From a virus: 64,000 nt of DNA. The stretch lies in IMG/VR virus record IMGVR_UViG_3300020165_002937; one strand, written 5' to 3'. Shown piece by piece: positions 19,719 through 30,300 of the stretch; position 1 is the first letter of the stretch, and every line of letters starts with the position of its first letter. A model generated the notes under the pieces. That model had not been told where the DNA came from. It was given only the letters and a program-made list of their open reading frames with translations, and searched no databases. The position numbers and the translations under genes are program-made.

Positions 19719-21340
19719 TGGCCATTAAGAAGTATGTTGCAACTGCTGATAACACTATAGTTAATGCATATCAAGAAAATTTAACGACGAGAGGAACCGG
19801 CTCAAATGCTGGTGCAGCAGACGTGATTGAGACTTTTTCTATCTACGGCCGCCAAAGCTCTGGTTCGGCAGAGCTTTCTAGGATTCTAATTAAGTTCCCG
19901 ATTTCACAAATAACAAGTGATAGAAGCAGTAATAAAATACCCGGTAGCGGCAGTGTTAAGTTCTATTTAAAATTATACAACGCAGCCAATTCTAAAACTG
20001 TACCTTCTGGTACCTTTAGCTTGGTAGCTGAGCCACTTTCAAAAAATTGGCAAGAAGGATTTGGATTAGATTTAGAATCTTATTCTGATTTAACACACGG
20101 CAACATAGGTTCTAATTGGATGTCAGCCAGCAATGCTGCTGCATGGACACAGCCTGGCGGCGATTACATCACGGCAGCTAACGCAGCATATCCCTATAGA
20201 TGGTTTAGTCAAACTTTCTACACCGGATTGGAAGATTTCGAAATAGATATTACACAAATGGTGGAGCTTTGGAGCGCGGAAACACTTGACAATTATGGTT
20301 TAGGCATTCATTTTTCCGGCGCCTACGAAGCTCACTATGATCCCTCAGATGGTAACTATGATACCGGAGTCTTGAAAAACACGACCGGATCAACTATCTC
20401 GTACTACACTAAAAGATTCTTCGCCAGAGGCACTCAATATTTTTTCAAAAGGCCTGTTATAGAAGCGCGCTGGGATTCAACTCGAAAAGATGAGCGCGGC
20501 GAAGTTATGTACAGTAGCTCGCTAGCGGGAGTAAACGATAATTTAAATACAATATACTTATATAACTATGTCCGCGGCCGGCTGTCAGATATTCCATCAA
20601 TCGGCACGAACGCGATATATGTCAGCTTTTATTCTGGCTCCGACGATAACTCTGAGCCTAGCGGCCAAGCAGCTTCGTCTAGCGCCACCACCCGCGCGGC
20701 TATACAGCTCCCAACCACACTTCCGCACACCCACGTTTCAAGTATCAACCCATATGTAGTCACCGGTGCCCATGTCTCAACAGGCATCTATAAAGCTACA
20801 TTTGCTATAACTGGTGCTAGAGCACCCCTTACAAAGATTTTTGATGTATGGCATGATGGTACGGGTAAAAACAAGCCCTGGACAGGTGTTGAATATGTAA
20901 CAGCTTCTATCCTACCCACCAACCTAAGCGCGTCCCAAACTGTTGCAAAGCCGGTCTATTATATTAATATTACAAATCTGAGAGGACAGTACGTTACCAA
21001 CGAGACAGCAAGATTTAACTTGTTTGTTAGAAACAAAGATTGGTCACCAACAATATATACGGTAGCGAACTCAACAGTTGAAACAACAACGATCCACAGC
21101 GCATCTTATAGAGTGTTTAGAGTAATTGACGCCTTGGAAGCTGTATCATACGGCACCGGCTCCGACGCTCACACGGTTTTATCACACGATGTTTCGGGCA
21201 ATTATTTTGATTTTGATATGTCACTATTGGATCCTGGATATGAATATGCATTTAAATTTTCATTCTATGATAGTGCAATGTCATCTTGGAGCGAGCAGCC
21301 AGAACTATTCAAGTTCAGAGTTATAGATAATGAGTATTAA
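19718..21340 (+). CDS. Virion structural protein with DNRLRE-like carbohydrate-binding domain
   Basis: ADNTI...SRILIKF...FYLKLYNA...WQEG...W..PGGD...DITQMVELW...NYGL...RPVIEARWD pattern; baseplate context. Confidence 0.6.
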   Translation: MAIKKYVATADNTIVNAYQENLTTRGTGSNAGAADVIETFSIYGRQSSGSAELSRILIKFPISQITSDRSSNKIPGSGSVKFYLKLYNAANSKTVPSGTFSLVAEPLSKNWQEGFGLDLESYSDLTHGNIGSNWMSASNAAAWTQPGGDYITAANAAYPYRWFSQTFYTGLEDFEIDITQMVELWSAETLDNYGLGIHFSGAYEAHYDPSDGNYDTGVLKNTTGSTISYYTKRFFARGTQYFFKRPVIEARWDSTRKDERGEVMYSSSLAGVNDNLNTIYLYNYVRGRLSDIPSIGTNAIYVSFYSGSDDNSEPSGQAASSSATTRAAIQLPTTLPHTHVSSINPYVVTGAHVSTGIYKATFAITGARAPLTKIFDVWHDGTGKNKPWTGVEYVTASILPTNLSASQTVAKPVYYINITNLRGQYVTNETARFNLFVRNKDWSPTIYTVANSTVETTTIHSASYRVFRVIDALEAVSYGTGSDAHTVLSHDVSGNYFDFDMSLLDPGYEYAFKFSFYDSAMSSWSEQPELFKFRVIDNEY

Positions 21341-24300
21341 AAAACTTTTTGATTCAGAAAATAATAGAAATTACCTAACCGACAAAAATGTAAAAGAAGC
21401 GTTTAAGAGTGTTGAGTCGCAGAGGAATGTCGCTGCTTTAAAAGAAAAGCAAGACAGCTTTCTTCCGCAAATAGATTACTCTGATCCGGAGAAATTTGCT
21501 CGCTATGGCTCAGCCTACTTATATTATAAATCTGCGTTCGAGAGAGTCCACAACTACTATCCGTATGATGGCTCATCAGCAGAAAAAACAGAGTTCTATA
21601 ATAAGTCACTAGACATAGAAAAATACATATTTGAAAAAGTCTACCCATCTTCTACTGGTTACGTGACAATTAGTCAAACCGGTTGGGGTTCGCAAGCATC
21701 AGTTTCGGGCGGCTATGGAATCCCAGATAGTCAAGAATACATTACTTTTTTTGGTGGCCCGGGCACTGCATCCTCCCAATTAGGCCCGGATCCTTATTCT
21801 GATATACGGCAGTTCAACAATATTTATGATACTAGTATTTACACTACCGAGGGCCTACTACCAACGTATGGCTCTGGCTCGCGAGAGTCGAACTTAAAAT
21901 CTAATTTTGATACAGGGGTTACAGTTGAATTTTGGGCCAAGACAGGTTCCATGGACGGCGGCGACGATACCTTAAAACAAGTTGTTTTCGATATGTGGAA
22001 CAATGAAGCATCCTCTAGTCAAGCGTATGGCAGAATTACAATAGAGCTGACGGGAGCTGATCAAGGAGACGCATCCAGAACACATGTAAACGGCTGGAAT
22101 GATAGCCCGTTCTTATTAACGGTACAGTCAGGTAGTGGCATCGGCGCCACCGCTGGCATGAAAGCTGAAGGAGCCCCCGGAGCCTTTACAGCGTCAATTG
22201 GTAAAAACTTCAGTAGCTCGTCATTAGGTTCATGGGCCCATTATGCAGTCACTCTCTACAACTCAGGTTCAGATTTACGCGCAGACTTTTTTGTCAACGG
22301 CCTGATCAACGATAGAAAAACGTTTAATAGCCAAGGTATAGGCGCCCTAAACCCTAAAAATATGGTAGGCCGAATTGGCTCTCTGTTGACACAGCCATCT
22401 GCCAGTTATGCCGGCGCTAGCGGCGGAGGCAAACTAAATGGTTCAATCGACGAATTTAGATTTTGGAAAGTAAGAAGAACACCAGAAGAAATTGGCCGCA
22501 ATTGGTTTGTGCCGGTCAATGGTGGTGTTAATACCGATGTTTCTAATGCTGAATTGGGAATGTATTACAAATTTAATGAAGGGATTACTGGAGAAAGCTA
22601 CATTGATGCTATTGTCCTTGATTACGGTGGTCGAGTCTGCAATGGTACATGGACGGGTTATTCTTCGACTTCCAGAAATACTGGCTCAGCCATGGTGTCG
22701 GCTAGCGCCGCGGCCTTCGAACCTCTTGAGCCGATTATTAGGTCGATCCACCCCGATGTTGTAGCTCGAAAAGCTAGTTTATTGTCTAGCGGCTCGTACC
22801 ACGATTCTCAAAATAATTCTAATTTGGCTAGTATGCTACCGGCTTGGGTTTTGGAAGAACACGAAAGTCAAGCTGAAAACCAGAAAACAGATAATAATCT
22901 TCAACTAATGTCTCACATAATGGGCACGTATTTTGATAAATTGTTTTTGCAAATCGAAGCAGTACCAAAATTCAAGCATGCTGGATATACAAGTGGCTCA
23001 CATAAGCCCGTTCCGTTTGCGCAACACTTACCGCAATCTCTAGGCTTAATAACTCCAGAAATATTTATCGACAGCACTATAATGGAGAAGTTTGGCAATA
23101 GAAATGAAAATTCTCAATTTGAAAGTGACCTAAACGATACTAAAAATCTAATTTACTCCAATTTATACAACAACATAGCTGGAATCTATAAAGCTAAAGG
23201 AACAGAAAAATCAATAAGAAACGCGCTTAGGTGTTTTAACGTAGACGATAGACTGATAAAGATGAATACCTATTCCAATAATCAAGTTTATACTGTAAAA
23301 AATAACTTAAAGCAAGTAATTTTAACCAAGAAGAGTTTGAACTTCGACAAATTAGAAAATACCGACGCAGTTCTATATCAAAAACAAAACCCCGAGAACA
23401 ACGAGAGTAGAGGCTATATCGCCGGCCAAGTCGACGGCCACCAATATAGATATGGATTTACTGCTGAGGCCAACGTATTCTTTCCTACTTTTACTAGCGA
23501 ATATGACGTCATAACAAGAACTTTCAAGAACGTCGCGATCTTTGGTATGCAAATGGTACACACTGGAAATGCCGGCGGTACTAATGCGGCTACAGTCGAG
23601 GCAGGTACCGTGCCGGCCGCGAACTCTATGACTGCCGCAGACACCTCTTGGCTGCTTAACGACGATGTTAACTTCCAAGTTTATGCAGTAAGAGACAACC
23701 CTACCTCCAGAAATGTAAAGTTTGTTTTAGATAGCCGACATAGTACTACTCGCCCGTTTCCAAAATTAGAGTCTGATACGTTTTTAGATGTATACGATAA
23801 CTCATCATGGAATCTGTCCGTTAGACTTAAGCCCAGCAACTACCCTTACTCACACATGGTCAGCGGCTCTGGAACTTATACTTTTGATCTTATATTCCAG
23901 GGCTATAACACAGAACTGGGAGCGGTAAAGAACACATTTGCAGTAACCGAATCAATTTCTCAAGTATCTGGCTCAAACTTTATCAAAGCGGGCAAGAGGC
24001 TTTCTACTGGTGCTTACAGAATAAACCTAACTGGCGCCACTGAGGCTTCATTCCGCCCCGCGGGTACGCCTCTTTCAACTCCAATGAAGAGCGATATTAA
24101 TGTGAGTAGCGTTAAGGTTTGGTCAAAATACGTAGATGATAACGCTCTGCTGCAGCACAGCGCTGACATAAATAATTTAGGAATAACAGGATCATACCAA
24201 AACATATCTCCAAAAGATGCAAATTCAGATCAGGTTGATATCTTAAACACAAACACGCTAGCCTTAGCCTGGAACTTTGATAATGTAAGTACCTCCGACG

Positions 24301-27300
24301 CAGCCGGCAATTTCTATACAATAGATGTAAGTTCCGGATCCGCCAATATTAGGAACAACAGAGGCTGGCTCGGCGCCATGGCTGGCTATCAGCACACTGG
24401 ATACGGATATGGATTTATAACTTCTTCGACTGAGGTTGTCGACGTCAGAGAGGTCAACGCTTTTGTGACGCAAGACCCCGAATTAGTGCAAGCCTCAGAT
24501 ATGGTTCAAATAGTTGATGATACTGACTATTACTTTGGTACTCCACAAGACGTTCCTAGCTTTTATTATACTTTCGAGAAAAGTATGTATGCTGCCATAT
24601 CCGAAGAGATGCTGCACTTTTTTGCTGGGATACTAGACTTCAATAACCTTATAGGTCACCCAGTAAACCGTTATCGCGGAAATTACAAAGAATTGGATAA
24701 CTTACGTAACATATTTTTTGAAAAAGTATCGAATGTGACTGAAGTTGAAAGGTATATTGAGTATTATAAATGGTTCGATGACGCAATTATCACCGTTATA
24801 GAACAATTAATGCCGGCTTCATCAGATACACGCCCGGATGTGACAGACACGATCGAAAGCCATGTACTCGAAAGAAACAAATATAAGACAAAATATCCCA
24901 CACTGAACATCTTATCTCAGCCACTTGAAGCTGTTTTATTAGGCTTGGGAGAAAAAATGACGGACTATCGGCTCATATCAACGCCGCTCCCAAGTTCGCC
25001 ACGTAAAGCGCACAAGAAAGAAGGTGTGGATATATACCCAGTCAGATATTGGAAAGAGCGCGCCGAAAGATCTTCGGAAGAGTTAACGTCTGGGGATCCC
25101 ATACTTGATGACATTCGAGATAAAATTAAAACAATTGTAGCGACAAGAGCCCACAAAAGTTCTTCCATCCCTACATTTAGGACATTAGCTGGAGCTTCGT
25201 ATAAAGCCCCAACATTTGCAATGAAATCTCTTTCAATGCCGTTTAATGTCACGGTAGATAACCCTCTAGGTACCGGAAGCTATTTGTATAAAGGCGGAAC
25301 GAACTTCCGTGAAAAGAAAAATATTCACTTTACTTATGATGCCTTACACCCTGCAGGGCCAATTAACCAAGATAACGGAGCTTTCGTTCCAAAAAATGTC
25401 TTGCTGGCTCATGCTTCTGAAATCGTAGAACTGCCTGAATATTTTAAAGCTACTTTAAATAAAAGAAAAAAAGTTAAAAGATACTTTAAGGTTCACCATG
25501 GAAGAAACTGGGAAGACGGTTTTGGATATATGAACACTAAATCTTCTTATGCATTCCCATTCAACATTATAAGCTCTTCGGTTAGTGGTGGTTTTAACGA
25601 TGAAATTAAAGCATATTTCACCGGTGGACTAGAACTTACAAACTTGCATCACGATACTTATGGCGATGATCAAGAGGTGCCACTGCAAGGTCCTTTTACA
25701 AATTATGCCGTAGGTGGCCACCAGTCTAGACATATTTCACTAAATACTGGCTCAGACAATTGGCTGAGCAGACCAGAAGCTTGGAAAATCTTAGTCGGAA
25801 GATGTGTTAATGGAATAAGGCAGACTGGCTCGTTAGGTATGGTAGGTCCAGATTATCCATATCCGGAGGCTAACGACGATCGAACATCGGTCACAAGAAT
25901 AGCGAGAGCTGGCTTAACTAATAATAAGGGCATTGTATGGCCCGATCCAGCCGGCGGAGATAACCGAGGAAACTGCCTAGTCATCCCGTCAACAGGCTCA
26001 GATTCGAACAATGCGTCGTGGGCTCTTCTTTTCGATAATAATATGACCGGCTCTGCGAACGAATTTCCAACTTGGACATTCTCCGGCTGGATTAATCCGA
26101 GCGCTTCGAATGCTGACCGTAATATCTGGGCTGCTGGTTGTTGCGGTGGTAGTGGAGATGAAATACATACAATCTCGATCGAAGGGGATGAAGCTCTTAG
26201 GTACCGGGTACGGACAAGCGACAACGCCGGCTCCGGCGCCGAACGGTCTACTTGGTGGGAAACACCAGCTAGTGCTTTAACAAATGGCAGTTGGAATCAT
26301 ATTGCAGTCTCGGTCACAGGCACTATAGGCTCTCTTACCACAACTATTAAACCAACGCTATATATTAATGGAGTTAGCCAATCTTGGAATGGTTCGACTA
26401 GTCCATCCAGTACACCAAAACAACATTTACCTTCAGCCCGCAGCACCGAGAATAATTTCCGCGGCCACGCCGATCTAGATTTAGCCGGCCCAATTATACT
26501 CGGAGGAACGATCGACTCAGCTAATTCGCATGAATATGGTGGCAACATGGATGAGGTTTCTGTGTGGAACACTCAATTAACTAACGATGAGGTTTATGCC
26601 ATTTACAATGGTGGTGTACCCACCAACTTATCACACAGCTCAACACCTCAGTACGAATATCTGGCAGCTTGGTGGAGAATGGGCGAAGGCACATCAGCTA
26701 CTGTTGACGCTGTAAATACTGGCGCCGCCTCAAGCGCAGTAATCTCAGCTAATAATATTGTAAGAGACTTAATTAGTACTGCATCACTTTTACCAGTAGC
26801 GTCTAGTGGCTATGATATAGAAATGTCAATAGGCTTTAGTTCGCTCACCGGCACCATTGAAATATCTGATGTTATAAAAGTAGGCCCAATGCCCTACCCA
26901 GTAAGCGCTTCTCAAAAAGCAGTATACTACCGTGATTATATAGCGAAGCGCCCGGTAAACTTTAAAAATATACAGCTTAAGCCAGGATCTCCGACAATTA
27001 GCAGCTTAGGGAATTATACAAAGAATTACGAAGTTGTGCAAAGCCATGGCGCTTTTATAAATAATAGAAGATTTGTAGATGAACAACCTTTAATTCCGTC
27101 AGCTAGCCGCAGATATGGAATGAATTATACAGATATAGTCAATTTCATACACAACATCCACCGCGGAGAAGCCGCCCATTTTGATTATGATATAGATTAC
27201 AAACCAAATCAATTTACTGGATCCGAAAACAAAAGTATATTTATCTCAAGATTCAGCGCACCGGGCGGGCCAGAAACACTGGCCCGAGGCTTCCAAGATT

Positions 27301-30300
27301 TAAGAGGCGCAGAATACTCCGTCTACAATACAGTTAATTATAGAAACCTTACCGTAATCCGCCCGGGCCAGGCCCCTAGTGGCACTTTATCCATTGGTGT
27401 AGGGGAACAAGGCTTCGGCGCCACAACGCAGGTAGCAGCCCAGGGTGTGCCCGGAATGAGAGTATATGATATACATACGAGAGATTACGGCCTCACTTCC
27501 CATTATGCCAGACATACAGCCAAATTCGGCCGTGATTCATTATTGCAAACAGGTACTTTAGCAGATCCCGGCATTGCTCAGGCACTTCAAGCCCCCGGCG
27601 CATCATATAACCAGTTGCCTGGTTTCCATAAAACACACAGAAATAATATAAGAAGGTTGAAGCTTTCGGGATCTACTATAATCTCTTCATCGCAATTTGA
27701 TAATTTCTTCGTTCAACATGCAATTCCAAGAAGCGACACCCAATATAGTTGGATTTCCGCGTCCTTACTATCGGATAACGATATCTATGGCCATCCCCCT
27801 GCCAACTTTATGGTCAGTCAATCACTTGGTAGGTTTGACGGTTACGATGAGGCGTACACGTTCATAACAGCAAGTGATACCGTATCATATAATAGTAGTG
27901 GGCTCCGCTTCTTTGGAAGGTCTAAGACGAACCCTCTCATAGCACCCGGCGGCCGCGATCAGCTTGTGCCCGTTGACTTCACTGGCTTAAACATTAATAT
28001 TCGAGAACCAGTCTCTGCCTCTACTAATACCCTGGGTTATGCTTCCCTTGACGTCGACTTTACCGCAACAGCCGCTAGCGGTTATGTAAATTATGTAAAT
28101 CACAAGTATGTATACCGGGCCCTTTCAACTCAAGGTGGAAAAATAAGCAGCCATGGCCAAGGCGTTGCGAGTATGCTAAATTCAATTATACTTCATCGCG
28201 ACGGACCATATGGGTACCCGACTTGGAAAGCTAATAGAAGGCAGAACCACCCAGTCTTAAGAGAAGAGCGCAAGAGAGGCGAAATTAGTATGATTACGTC
28301 GGGTAACCAAAACTTACGCCATTATGAGCTGCGTCCAGTATCTACGCGCGGCCGCCCAATGCTCATAAATCTCAGTCCATATAACAACGATCGTGGTGTA
28401 ATCAAGACAACTGGTGTGCCGTTTACTTTAAAGGCAACTCATGATAACGAACTAATTGGTTTCAATGATGTTGAACTTAATGATCAAGTCTTATATGGAA
28501 GCGTAAGACCGACTACTCCCTATGATCAGATAACGAGAATAGTCGGAGTTAATGGCAACAACTACTTGTTAAATTGGGTTGTATACACACAGAACATTTT
28601 CCCATCTTCTAGAAATGAGTATTCCGCGTCAGTTCGCGAGCGCTTAAACTATGATAACTTCTTTTGGAGGGATCAGCAAGATCAGAGAATAGCATTAACA
28701 AAGCCCCTGCATTGGTATTATGGTGGGGCCGCACCTGTTAATCCACCGTGGACACACACACCACGTAATGTTGCAAATAACATATCTTTTGATGTCTGGC
28801 CGCTGAGCGCTCCGCAGAGCTTTTTGACTAGAAGTCACGTAGCCCCCTTGCCGCACCTACATAATGGTGAAACCGGTGCAAAAAATCCGAATTTCACCGG
28901 AAAAGGCTCAGCATTTTTTAAAGGCAATCTATCTGGAACCGCCGCGGGAATACTACAAAATTCATTCAGCAGTTATATAACTGGCGCCTCAGAGTATTTG
29001 TCTGAATATACTGGCTATACATCTATTTCGCACAAGTATAAAAACTACTATGCTATACGTGCATTAATGCCAGTGCCGCTATACTCTAGAAAACACGCGG
29101 TTGCTGCTCCATGGTCCGTCGTCGCGCCTTCTGGGATTGACTTGTACCAGCAAATGGATGACGGTGGCTCACGCGCCGGAGTTTGGCCACAATACACGAA
29201 CTTCCACGACGCCGCCGCGGCTCCGCTTTATGCTGGTGAAGCTCACTGGGACGCCGCGGCCACAGCCGGCGTAGTAGAAAAAAATACGGCCGTTGGGCTG
29301 AGTGAGACCCTGAAGACTCTACCAGTATTCAGGAAAAAACCATCAGCACCTTGGTTCAACAACTACGATGATTTTAAGTATGATGTCAAACTACAAGCAA
29401 AAGATTATGCAATTGTACCAGAGTTTAGATTAAGCGAAAATGTAGAAGACTATGTTAAATATGGAATTAACAATCCATCCAAAACTGATACTTATGAGAT
29501 CCCAGGTACAATTTTAACCAGCGTGTCGTCGTCCTTTTATAAGGATTATTCAAATTCAGAATTCTTAGGAGAATTTTTGAGAGTTAAATCTCGAAATCAT
29601 CTAATTGGATCACAAATTAGGTTAGTCTGCAGTGCAGCAATAAAGCTCAACCCTTATAAGGGATTTTATCCAGCACAAAGAACAATTCAGCTTGTCACCC
29701 AATTCTCCAAATCATACGCTAGTGGTCTTCAGGCTTGGTGGGAATATTCTTTTCCGACTCCGGCTACCGGTGATTATACGAGACTTCAAGCTGATGGTCG
29801 AGAGATCTTATACAACAAAGGCGGCGCCGCGCGCCCTCTGATGCAAGCGCTTTTTGCGCCAGGCTTGATGTATAACACGATTAAATCTGGCATGGCTGTC
29901 GACTATCCGACCGTATTAGATTCTACACGTGTTTGGCGCGCCAAATATGGTGGTGCTGCCACATCCTCAATTCGAACATACCCAAATCCTTCACAAGCCG
30001 ATGGCCCCACCTTTAGTGAAAATAACTACGCCATAGTACCGAATCCAAGTACAGTTACCAGTAGTACCTTTGTTGCTACTAGCTTAGAAGGCTATTCTAG
30101 TGGACCGTATTTCGATTTTAGAATACCCTTTGAAACTTTAATAACGCCAACAAAATATATCGACAATGTAAAATTTATAGATTTGGAGCCCCATCCATCG
30201 ATGTCCTTGATGACTACCGCCTCTATGGTAGTAACAGACACTGATGATTTATACGAACTAATGGCCAAAAACTTTTTTGGCGAGGTTCCAAATTTCTTCC

